Source: Schaalia odontolytica
GTDB taxonomy: Bacteria; Actinomycetota; Actinomycetes; Actinomycetales; Actinomycetaceae
Assembly: GCF_005696695.1 (NCBI RefSeq)
Contig: NZ_CP040006.1
Coordinates: 360,001 to 392,000, forward strand
Length of the DNA stretch: 32,000 nt
Reading direction: 5' to 3'
Both the position numbers and the translations under genes were made by a program. The notes under the pieces are model-generated. The model searched no databases. It saw only the letters and a program-made list of their open reading frames with translations, and was not told the DNA's origin. Shown here in pieces: positions 20,601 to 27,333 of the stretch (its first letter is position 1; the number at the start of each line of letters is the position of its first letter).

Positions 20601-20672
20601 GCAACGCGGGCGGATTCCGAGGCGGCGTTCGCGCAGAAGGTGCGCGTCGGCGATTGTCGCCCGGTGAGGTGA
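14631..20672 (+). CDS. Giant (2013 aa) membrane-anchored surface protein: N-terminal signal-anchor, domain of unknown fold of about 380 aa, about 11 cadherin-like/Ig-like repeats, about 5 fibronectin type III domains, and a Cys-containing C-terminal module
   Basis: ATG 14631 follows GAGGAAAG. The N-terminus is MNKARRSRNTWSKR followed by the TM segment IPALAVLLVSAMLCVLAVVY. The recurring repeat signature is xxDDxxxVxxGxxxxIxVLxNDxDPDGDxLxV (e.g. PVLDNDSDDDGDVL, PIANDTDPNGDPL, PLANDTDPSGGVL, NVLSNDLDADGDAL, VLVNDEDPDG). FN3 signatures include PEPPQNVKAT...GYTVT...GLTNGAKHRFTVVATNEAGDS and LDVTWAEP...ISGLKNGALYSVRIQAQN. Confidence 0.9.
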   Translation: MNKARRSRNTWSKRIPALAVLLVSAMLCVLAVVYRGVEVTQVSVDDGGIWVTNQDRKLLGHLNYDALMLDGTVSVKSASFDIGQEGGDVTLGETVSRTVTPVRPTSFSLGQSVTLPDNAVQVQGGSVLAVLDPNEGLLWVGSANEPATMSLLREDAVANDLSDGIVTVSNSGTVFAYSPGSSKLVTLTREGQAWRAKTTEIKDFTPAGTPTITAVGDKPVVYDQTGNKLVLPGGKVRDLSEEHVSGAVLQIPGDEAASVLLATGDQLVSVPLNGKAIERQEASESGQKGTPAAPVFHRGCSYGAWAGSGAFVRTCTDSSRNQAQTVPSLAEASSAVFRTNRTRIVLNDVSTGTLWLPDKNMVVVSNWDQTPTEEQEEEDTPTPDQREQVSEPEHKDKNTPPEAVDDEFGIRPGRSTLLPVLDNDSDDDGDVLTARAVTNPEFGSIVRTRGGRALQITDVPENMTSGSTSFTYEASDGLAGATANVTLTIHPWSQNEGPRQLKHPVIKVGANAQVEYNLLSDWIDPDGDQFYLVSATAPEGMAVQFSEDGTVQIQDLGSGAGVKAIAVTLSDGHAETTGELKVSVQEAGNVPPVARADFYVARVAEPLTIDPIANDTDPNGDPLSLVAAGTPPAGTSVSADLSRGTLTFTGSVPGSFQFTYTVSDGPSTTVGVIRVDVVDDDTNALPIAEDDLAVLPSGGASLIAPLANDTDPSGGVLVVQSIDVPANSGLEVTLIERHLLRITSPGGLTDVTTFTYTVSNGAGSATAQVSVIPTNAQSEETPPQVTADTAKVRADDIGSVSVLSNDRSPIGLSLSLDPEVEVLSGAELGTVFVTGNQVRLAAGSEAGVVRVAYTAIDSVGNRATTTVTFEIIASSAANSAPVPKALSAWAVQGQMTRIPVPLTGIDPDGDSVALVGIDQPPAKGSVVLGTEWLEYTPSDDATGTDTFSYIVEDRLGVQGRARVRVGIAPPGSQNHNPTAVPDSVTVRPGREVSINVLSNDLDADGDALYVDTDPQTVSVSDPAATVTMAEDLVTVKAPATNGVFVVAYQIEDGRGGRAQGQLTVTVDADAPLRAPIARDDVVPVSDLPSDSKPVSVAVLVNDEDPDGTTAALTVSSDASGVSVSGQNLSISPDARRRLVVYTVTDPDGLSASAVVTVPGTDLLAPRLDTTRVPVAMRAGSTLTLDMRDYVLVRDNSRSPIITDASSVKFSGGLDSASLQDSTHITLSAPDTASGKASVSFTVRDGASDDASALTSTLTIPITIQPARNLPPRLTPTPILVGQGESVTVDLTQMVDDPDDQAKGSFEYRVVKAPGGVDVSLDGYNLTVSGKKDQPKGPVGAITVSVDDGSGAVNADIPVTIVKSSKPLVTTTEARIKAKAGQTVDVNLSEYTTNPFPEPLVVLDASVHVGQGTASGNGNVLSVTPKAGFHGDMIVVYRVMDATNDPDRVVQGRVVVKVLDRPEPPQNVKATAMGSQTAFVQFDEPASNGGTISGYTVTDLLDGRTYNTTKPGTQIKGLTNGAKHRFTVVATNEAGDSDPSAPSAEVNVDVEPDQMAAPTVVGSDGALDVTWAEPHNEGSKIQTYTVFLYPESGGQPIPYTAAGTDRKMTISGLKNGALYSVRIQAQNDADKPSLLSEATGAHPHGAPDQPTDVRAVAVTADKDPNLATVEVSWTPGRSGGTDFGSTHVMVGDKPVTAPAGARSVQVPLVPTGRDKQVSVELTNTDGDTSAKGYTTVSIATTPAPIADPTLSGTGKAGQLKVTGLSVVTGRGFEASDLTLRYSADPNSCASGQRVDDGDILPANGWESKTYYFCQTGIGVNNQPAASPVASATGTATGRPSDVGVRFTGVNSTSLTVQWDPVGANPAVTEVRVSLNNGATQTVRGGVNTATFSDLAQGTRYQATVVAVNGLGETVMSEQPTETTKLDVNLTWTEACQGGEKYGSPGGCHTFTFSAPGWADTSLTHKCTISSDLDGWTEELTITGAGPTPSKIATRADSEAAFAQKVRVGDCRPVR
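15828..19010 (+). repeat. Tandem array of about 11 cadherin-like / bacterial Ig-like domains (about 95-100 aa each) inside the giant CDS
   Basis: The (L/I)xND(T/S/L/E)DPDGD calcium-binding-like motif and its preceding PxAxxD segment recur by eye at roughly 290-nt spacing. The copies are divergent at DNA level. Confidence 0.7.
19011..20400 (+). repeat. Array of about 5 fibronectin type III domains inside the giant CDS
   Basis: Five segments of about 90 aa show FN3-like W/Y/L core positions (VQFDEP, VTWAEP, VSWTPG, LTVQWDP). The boundaries are approximate. Confidence 0.65.
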
Positions 20673-20676
20673 GCCA

Positions 20677-21912
20677 GTGAAGAAACTACGTCGACTTGTG
20701 AGGCATGCGTGGCGCGCCCTGAGCGCCCGCGTGCAGGCGCTGCCCGGATACGAGGGCGTCGCCCGCTGGCTGGGCGCGCTGACCCCGGTGGGGTGGGCGG
20801 TGATCGCGGCGATGGTTGCGGGAACCGTCGCGGCCCTCGCCTTCGGCTGGCTGGAGGGCTTCATCGTGGCCGTCATGGGCCTGGTGGCCCTCGTGGTCGC
20901 GGTGGCCTCGGTCGCGTCCCCGTCCCCGCTGTCCGTGTCCCTGCGCATGAAGAACGACCGCATTGTCGCCGGCCAGGTGGCGGTGGGCCGCGTTCGCGTG
21001 GTCAACGAGTCCGGGCGCCGCTCGGGTTCGACCCTCGTGGAGGTGACGATCGGACGAGGCAGTGGCGAGTTCCTCGTACCCCCGATCAGCGGAAACGGCA
21101 CCTGGAACGAGTCCTTCTCGGTCATGACGAAGCGCCGCGGCGTCATCAACGTGGGCCCGGCGCGCACCGTGCGCATGGACGGCCTGGGCCTGCTGCGCCG
21201 CGTGCGTTCGTGGGATGACCCGATCCTCGTGCACGTGCACCCGCCGACGGTGCGTTTCTCCTTTGACGCGACGGGCATGCAGATGGACGTCGAGGGTGTG
21301 GCCAGCGAGAAGCTGACGAGCTCCGACGTGTCCTTCCACGCCCTGCGCGACTACGAGCCGGGCGACGACCGCCGCGCGGTGCACTGGCCGTCGACGGCGC
21401 GTTTTGGCCGCCTGATCGTGCGTCAGTTCGAAGAGACTCACCGCTCGCACCACATGGTGCTGTTGGATACGCGCGTGGACGCGTGGGATCGGCGCTCGTT
21501 TGAGACGGCCGTGTCGGTTGCCGCGTCGCTGGCGCTCGCCGGCTCGGGCGAGGCCCGCACGGTGTCGATGCACACCGCGGACGAGTGGATCCCCACGGGC
21601 TCGCCCATGGCGATGCTGGATGCGCTGTCCGAGATGGAGACGTCGACGCGCTCTGAGTTTGCGGGCATCGTGCGCCGCTGCATCATGGAGCGCGGCGGGA
21701 TCTCGGTGCTCTCGATCGTCGTCGGCGCTGGCGTGGACGACGAGGAGGCGGCTCGCCTGGCGAACATCGCTCCTGTCGACGTCATCGTGTCGGTGATCCG
21801 CGTGGTCCCGGGCCGGGCACGTCGCCGCCGCAAGATCACGCGCGGCGTCATCATCGACTGCCCCTCCCTCGAAGACCTGCCGATGCTCGTGTCCCGGGGG
21901 GTGAACGCGTGA
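20677..21912 (+). CDS. DUF58 domain-containing membrane protein (degenerate vWA fold; usual partner of MoxR ATPases)
   Basis: GTG lies 4 nt after the giant-gene stop. There are two N-terminal TM helices. The DUF58 signature is FHALRDYEPGDDRRAVHWPSTARFGRLIVRQFEE. Confidence 0.85.
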   Translation: MKKLRRLVRHAWRALSARVQALPGYEGVARWLGALTPVGWAVIAAMVAGTVAALAFGWLEGFIVAVMGLVALVVAVASVASPSPLSVSLRMKNDRIVAGQVAVGRVRVVNESGRRSGSTLVEVTIGRGSGEFLVPPISGNGTWNESFSVMTKRRGVINVGPARTVRMDGLGLLRRVRSWDDPILVHVHPPTVRFSFDATGMQMDVEGVASEKLTSSDVSFHALRDYEPGDDRRAVHWPSTARFGRLIVRQFEETHRSHHMVLLDTRVDAWDRRSFETAVSVAASLALAGSGEARTVSMHTADEWIPTGSPMAMLDALSEMETSTRSEFAGIVRRCIMERGGISVLSIVVGAGVDDEEAARLANIAPVDVIVSVIRVVPGRARRRRKITRGVIIDCPSLEDLPMLVSRGVNA

Positions 21913-24464
21913 GTACTCCTGCTCGCAACGCCTCGCGTCCGGCACCTCCGCCGCGTCGCTCCCGTCGCCCCGTCGCCCAGGAAACCACGATGGGTGGGTC
22001 GATCCACCGCGCCGCCATGCCCGCGTGGTCCCTGCTCATCCTCGCGGTCCTCTTCTCCGGTCCGATCCTTATGTTCGAGTCCGTCTTCGGCGGCGGCCAG
22101 GGCGCGATTGCGGCGCTCGCGGGCGTCGTGGTCGGCCTCGTGGTCGCGTGGGCGGCCGCCAAGTGGCGCTGGGACCTGCTCTCGATCGTCGCGGCGGTTG
22201 TGGCCTCGCACTTCCTCTTCGGTGGCGTTGCCGCGCTGCGTGAGACGACCCGCTGGGGCGTGGTCCCGACGTCGCGGACCCTCCAGACGCTGGTCGTCGG
22301 TTCGGTCGAGGCCTGGAAGGACCTCCTGACGCTGACGCCGCCGGCCGGCTCCTACGTGGGGCCCGCGATGGTGCCGTGGATGGCCTGCCTCGTGTGTTCG
22401 GTTGCGGCGGGCGTCGTGACGGTGCGCTACGGGCGTCCGATGTGGGGATCTGTGCCGCTGATCCTCGCCGGCGTGATCGCGATCGTGTGGGGGCCGTCGG
22501 GCCACTCCCCGTCCGCCCTCCTCGTCATCGCGTGGTGGGTGGGACTCATCGTGTGGTGGGCGTGGGCCTCGGCGATCGGACGCGCACGACTGGGCGCCGA
22601 CATCGTCATTGGTATGGCCTCTACGGCGACTACCGCGTCGACGACCGTGGGCGGTTCCTCGCGCCAGATCGTGCACGTGTGGTGGCGCGTGGGCATGGGC
22701 GCGCTCATGGTGGGCGTCATGGTTGCTGCGGCGATCCCTGCGGCGTCCCTGCTGGGCCCCACGGCCTCGGACCGCGTCGTCGGACGCGACGTCGTCGAGC
22801 CGCCCGTGGACGCGCGCCAGTACCCCTCGCCGCTGTCCAGCTACCGCCACTACAACAAGGACCTCGAGGATGAATCCCTGATCCGCGTGTCCAACATGCC
22901 CAAGGAGGCGCGCGTGCGCCTGGGCGCGATGGACGTGTACGACGGGACGACCTTCGGCATGGGCGTCACGAATACCGCGGACGGCACGGCCGGATACCGC
23001 CGCGTGGGGTCCACGATCCCGGGGCGCAGCGCCGATACGGCGGGCGTGCAGACCTCGGTGTCGACCTCGCAGCTGCTGGGACCGTGGGTGCCCACGATCG
23101 GCCAGGTGTCGGTCCTTCGCTTTGAGCCCTCCGCCCCCAACGCGGCCGAGCAGCAGGACGGCCTGAACTATGACCTGTGGGCGGATACCGCCCTGACGAC
23201 GGGCCCGACCGGCCAGCTGAGCTACTCGCTGAGCACGACGATGCCGCGCGAACACGCGGACTCGGAGTTCGCCAGCGTGAACGCGGCGCGCTACGCCGGG
23301 GGCGACACGAACGTCCCGAAGGACGTGGACTCCCTGGCCGCGGATCACACGTCGACCGCGCGCTCGGACCTGGAGAAGGCCCGCGCGATCGAGCAGTTCC
23401 TGCACACGGATGGCTACTACTCCAACGAGGACACGATCAATTCGCGTCCCGGCTCCTCCCAGGACCGCATCGAGCGCATGATCAGCGCCGAGGCGCTGGT
23501 GGGCGACGACGAGCAGTACGCGACCCTCATGGCCCTCATGCTGCACTCGCAGGGCATTAACGCCCGCGTCGTGATGGGCGCCTACCGCGAGGGCACGTCC
23601 GGCAGCGTCGACCTGACGGGTTCGGACATGCACGCGTGGGTCGAGGTGGAGTTCCCCGGCGTTGGCTGGGCGACCTTCGACCCGACTCCGCCGCGCGATC
23701 AGCAGCCCACGACGCAGGTCAACAAGCCTAAGTCCGTGCCCAAGCCCCAGGTCCTGCAGCCCCCGGAGCCGCCCGAGCAGCCGGTCGAGCTGCCGCCCGC
23801 GACCCGCGACCAGGCGACGGATCCGCATGATCCGAACGGCGTCCACATCCCGTGGATGGCGATCGGCACGGTGTCGGTGTCGCTCCTCCTGCTGCTGGGC
23901 CCGGTCCTGGCGGTGCTCCTGGCGAAGTCTCGCCGCCGCAAGAGCCGCCGCCGCGCGCAGGCCGCCGAGTCGGTGCGCGGCTCGTGGGACGAGCTCGTGG
24001 ATACCGCGATCGACTCCGGCCTCGTCGTCGAGCCGCACCTGACGCGCCAGGAGGTCGCGTGGGCGCTGGCCTCGCAGTGGACGCCCAAGAAGTCCGAGAG
24101 TGACGAGGAGGGGGACGCCAAGGCCCGCAAGGCGCGCAAGCGCTCGGCTGCGGACGTGCGCGTGCCCGGCTGGTCGCTGTTCTCGGGCGCGGTTCCCCGG
24201 GCCGTCACCGTGGCGCGCCGCGCGGACGTCGCGGACTTCGCTGCCGGCGGTGCCCGCCCCGAGGACGCGGAGCAGGCGTGGAACGACGTGGATGAGCTGC
24301 GTCGCGAGTGGGCGGCCTCGGTGTCGCCGTTCGCGCGAGCGCGTTACGCGCTGTCGCTGAAGTCGCTGCGCTGGCGCCGTCGCGCCCGCCGCCAGGCTGA
24401 CGCCGCTCGCAAGGGTGGTCGCTCGCTGGCCAAGCGCATGGGCCGTAGGAAAGGGAAACGTTGA
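21909..24464 (+). CDS. TgpA-like polytopic membrane protein with a transglutaminase-core fold (Cys position occupied by Asp) and a basic cytoplasmic C-terminal tail
   Basis: GTGA overlap with the DUF58 stop. About 6 N-terminal TM helices. The core segment is GDDEQYATLMALMLHSQGINARVVMGAY...DMHAWVEVEFPGVGWATFDPTP. A late TM segment IPWMAIGTVSVSLLLLLGPVLAVLLA is followed by an Arg-rich tail. Confidence 0.85.
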   Translation: MSTPARNASRPAPPPRRSRRPVAQETTMGGSIHRAAMPAWSLLILAVLFSGPILMFESVFGGGQGAIAALAGVVVGLVVAWAAAKWRWDLLSIVAAVVASHFLFGGVAALRETTRWGVVPTSRTLQTLVVGSVEAWKDLLTLTPPAGSYVGPAMVPWMACLVCSVAAGVVTVRYGRPMWGSVPLILAGVIAIVWGPSGHSPSALLVIAWWVGLIVWWAWASAIGRARLGADIVIGMASTATTASTTVGGSSRQIVHVWWRVGMGALMVGVMVAAAIPAASLLGPTASDRVVGRDVVEPPVDARQYPSPLSSYRHYNKDLEDESLIRVSNMPKEARVRLGAMDVYDGTTFGMGVTNTADGTAGYRRVGSTIPGRSADTAGVQTSVSTSQLLGPWVPTIGQVSVLRFEPSAPNAAEQQDGLNYDLWADTALTTGPTGQLSYSLSTTMPREHADSEFASVNAARYAGGDTNVPKDVDSLAADHTSTARSDLEKARAIEQFLHTDGYYSNEDTINSRPGSSQDRIERMISAEALVGDDEQYATLMALMLHSQGINARVVMGAYREGTSGSVDLTGSDMHAWVEVEFPGVGWATFDPTPPRDQQPTTQVNKPKSVPKPQVLQPPEPPEQPVELPPATRDQATDPHDPNGVHIPWMAIGTVSVSLLLLLGPVLAVLLAKSRRRKSRRRAQAAESVRGSWDELVDTAIDSGLVVEPHLTRQEVAWALASQWTPKKSESDEEGDAKARKARKRSAADVRVPGWSLFSGAVPRAVTVARRADVADFAAGGARPEDAEQAWNDVDELRREWAASVSPFARARYALSLKSLRWRRRARRQADAARKGGRSLAKRMGRRKGKR

Positions 24465-25981
24465 TGGATAGCGACGCTCGCGTCGGAATGGTGCCGTCGC
24501 TGCCGGGTTACGAGTGGATTCGTCCGCTCGGGTCGGGTGGTTTCGCGGACGTGTTCCTGTGCCGCCAGGAGCTGCCCAGCCGTGAGGTGGCCGTCAAGGT
24601 GGCGCGCAGGGATCGTGGGGCGGACGGCGAGGCCGGTATCGCCCGCGAGGCCGACGTGATGGCTCTCGTGTCGGGTCACCCGGCGGTGGCCCAGCTGTAC
24701 GGCGCGGGGCGCACGCCGGATGGTCGCCCGTACCTGGTGATGGAGTACTGCCCGGTCGCGAACATCCTCGATCAGGTGCGCGCAAACCCGATGTCGACGG
24801 ATCGCGCGCTGTCGATGGTGATCCGCATGTGCGGTGGTGCTGAGATGCTGCACCGCGCGGGCTACGTGCACCGGGATATTAAGCCCAGCAACATCATGAT
24901 CAACGCCTTCGGGTCGCCGGTGCTCACCGACTTCGGCGTGTCCGAGCCGGTGGGTGCGGACCCGCGCGGCGGCCGCGACGGCTTCTCGGTGATGTGGGCG
25001 CCGCCCGAGCAGATCGCGGGCACGGCGCGAGCTCACCCGACGCAGGACGTGTGGGCACTGGGCGCGACCCTGTGGACGCTTCTCATGGGCCGCTCGCCCT
25101 TCGAGGTGGAGGACGGGGATAACTCGGCCCACGCGGTCGCCCAGCGCGTCGCCCGTGGCCGCGTGTCGCGCATCGACCGCCCGGGCGTGCCCGACGCTGT
25201 GACGGCCATCGTGCGCCGCGCGATGAGCCTGGACCCGGAGCAGCGCTTCGGGTCGGCGGCAGCCCTCGGCTACGCGCTGCAGACGGTCGAGCGAGAGATG
25301 CACCGCCCGGTCACGGAGATGAAGCTGAGCGTGGTGGCCTCCTCGAGCGCGCCCTCCTCGGCCCTGTCTGCCCCGTCTGCGGCGGCCCTGGACGCGGAGC
25401 GTACGCGCACCCGCCGCGGGAGTTTCGCGGACGGTCCCCAGGCCTCGTCGAACGAGGCGTGGGCCGGTAACTCGACGACGAACCGAACCGGGTTGGTTGA
25501 GGGGCAGTCGAAGCGCCCCGCGTGGGTGGTGCCGGTCCTGGCGCTCGTGATGGTGCTGGCGACGGCCGGCCTGGTGGTCGCGATGCTCACCGGCGGCGGA
25601 CACAGCATCCACCTGGGCGGAGGCGGTGGCGGCGTATCCACGCCGACTCCCTCCTCGAGCGCGGGGACAGTGAGCAACTCCGATCAGGGCGACGCGGGCG
25701 CCGTCCCGCCCGAGGCCGTGACCGGGTTGACGGCCACCCCGAACGGCAACGAGATCCGCTGGGGCTGGGAGGTGCCCGAGCAGGGCCAGTACCAGCCCGG
25801 AGCGCTCGAATTCAAGTACGTGCTCACCCGTCCGGGCGAGGCTGTGGTGGCCGAGACGATGCGCCGCAACAGCCTGACGACGACCGCGGTGAGCGGCGAG
25901 AACTGTCTGACCGTGAGCCTCGTTGTGACCTCCACGGGCCGCGAGTCCGCGCCGGTCACCCAGTGCGTGACGGTGCCGTAG
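24464..25981 (+). CDS. Transmembrane Ser/Thr protein kinase (Hanks type) with an FN3-like extracellular domain
   Basis: ATG 24464 (TTG 24461 also in frame) overlaps the upstream TGA. Motifs: Gly-loop LGSGGFADV, VAVK lysine, HRDIKPSN, DFG, WAPPE. The TM segment is AWVVPVLALVMVLATAGLVVAML. The C-terminal 100 aa (PEAVTGLTATPNGNEIRWGWEVP...LTVSLVVTSTGRES) are FN3-like. Confidence 0.9.
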   Translation: MDSDARVGMVPSLPGYEWIRPLGSGGFADVFLCRQELPSREVAVKVARRDRGADGEAGIAREADVMALVSGHPAVAQLYGAGRTPDGRPYLVMEYCPVANILDQVRANPMSTDRALSMVIRMCGGAEMLHRAGYVHRDIKPSNIMINAFGSPVLTDFGVSEPVGADPRGGRDGFSVMWAPPEQIAGTARAHPTQDVWALGATLWTLLMGRSPFEVEDGDNSAHAVAQRVARGRVSRIDRPGVPDAVTAIVRRAMSLDPEQRFGSAAALGYALQTVEREMHRPVTEMKLSVVASSSAPSSALSAPSAAALDAERTRTRRGSFADGPQASSNEAWAGNSTTNRTGLVEGQSKRPAWVVPVLALVMVLATAGLVVAMLTGGGHSIHLGGGGGGVSTPTPSSSAGTVSNSDQGDAGAVPPEAVTGLTATPNGNEIRWGWEVPEQGQYQPGALEFKYVLTRPGEAVVAETMRRNSLTTTAVSGENCLTVSLVVTSTGRESAPVTQCVTVP

Positions 25982-26083
25982 GGCGCTGGCGTCATGCACT
26001 TTCGTGACTGGCTCGACGGCGCATGACCGAGTGGTAGACTGCTGTGTTGCGCGCCGTCGGAGCGCGTGGCGAAAGGAAGTGTG

Positions 26084-27292
26084 ATGAGGCGCGACATTGC
26101 CCGAACGATACGGCGCGGCACGGGGGTTGCCCTGGCGGGCACGCTTGCCGTTGCAGCCCTCGTGGTTCCTGCGGCCCCAGCATCGGCGGATGCCACGATC
26201 ACGGCGAACGAACAGACCTTCTACGGCTACTACCGCTTGGACGCAATCCACTCGTCAGGCTACACGGGCGAAGGCGTGACGATCGCGCTCGTTGACGGCC
26301 CCATCAACACGCAGATCCCTGAGCTAGCCGGTGCGCGCATCCAGTCCTACAGCCCATGCGCCGTGGACTCCCAAGACAAGTCCTGGGACCACGGCACCGT
26401 CATCGCGCAGGTGATTTCCTCGCCTCAGTTTGGCGTGGCCCCCGGCGCGAATCTACGCGCCTACACATTGTCATTTGCCGGTGAGACGACGGGTTCCGAC
26501 TGTGCGCTCGGGCAGTGGGGGCGAGGCTACTCCGACCTCGCTCTCCTCATCGAGGACGCGCTTAACGACGGCGTCGACGTGATCACGACGTCGTCGAGCT
26601 ACCCCAGCGATTACGAGGGCATGCGCTGGGCTCTCGCCCGAGCGATTGCGTCTAAGGTTCCGGTTGTCGCCTGCGTGGGGAACGACTCGACCAGTAACTC
26701 GACGGATTGGCTGCCCGCCTGGGGTGGCGTCGTCGGCGTGGGCGCGATCGAGACCAACGGTCGCCCCTCCGACTACCAGAACTGGGGAAGGCCCCTGTCG
26801 ACGGCGGCCCTCGCGCGCCCTCTCGCCCGCTCGGGCGTGTCTCAGGAACGGGGCGAGTGGTGGGGGACGTCCTTCGCGAGCCCCGTCGTGGCTGGCTCCC
26901 TGGCACTGTCCATGCAGCGCTGGCCTCGCGCGACCGGCAACCAGATCATGCAGGGCCTGGCCCGCACCGGCGTGGGCGGCAACGGCGGCGAATGGAACCA
27001 ATACACGGGGTACGGTGCGCTCGACATCTACGCGATGCTGACGACGAACCCGACGAGTTTCCCGGATGAAAACCCGTTCATGGACAAGGGAACGAACACG
27101 GTTCCCAGCCGCCAGGACGTGCAGGACTACATCGACGGCGTGGTGGATCCGCGCGTCGTCATGAACGACAACTCCTACGAATACCTAGGGTTCGACGAGC
27201 GTCTCGCACTCAGCCGCGATCATGACTATCCGACGCACCTGGGCACCAGCCCCCGCTACCACCAGAAGTTCCAGTCTCAGAAAAAGAACTAA
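26084..27292 (+). CDS. Secreted S8 family serine peptidase (subtilase), paralog 1
   Basis: ATG 26084 follows GCGAAAGGAAG. The signal peptide is RRGTGVALAGTLAVAALVVPAAPASA/DA. The triad contexts are TIALVDGP (Asp), WDHGTVIAQ (His), VGND (oxyanion Asn) and GTSFASPVVAG (Ser). An extension of about 95 aa at the C-terminus ends YPTHLGTSPRYHQKFQSQKKN. Confidence 0.85.
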   Translation: MRRDIARTIRRGTGVALAGTLAVAALVVPAAPASADATITANEQTFYGYYRLDAIHSSGYTGEGVTIALVDGPINTQIPELAGARIQSYSPCAVDSQDKSWDHGTVIAQVISSPQFGVAPGANLRAYTLSFAGETTGSDCALGQWGRGYSDLALLIEDALNDGVDVITTSSSYPSDYEGMRWALARAIASKVPVVACVGNDSTSNSTDWLPAWGGVVGVGAIETNGRPSDYQNWGRPLSTAALARPLARSGVSQERGEWWGTSFASPVVAGSLALSMQRWPRATGNQIMQGLARTGVGGNGGEWNQYTGYGALDIYAMLTTNPTSFPDENPFMDKGTNTVPSRQDVQDYIDGVVDPRVVMNDNSYEYLGFDERLALSRDHDYPTHLGTSPRYHQKFQSQKKN

Positions 27293-27333
27293 CGCTCGCG
27301 GGCGCCCCATTGCGCGCAGCGAAAGGACAGCTG

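Noticed and set aside
21438-26251. 866-aa and 635-aa minus-strand ORFs (21438-24038 and 24344-26251)
   Set aside because: They are antisense to the transglutaminase-fold and kinase genes. Both are Arg/His/Gly-rich low-information translations without start-site support.
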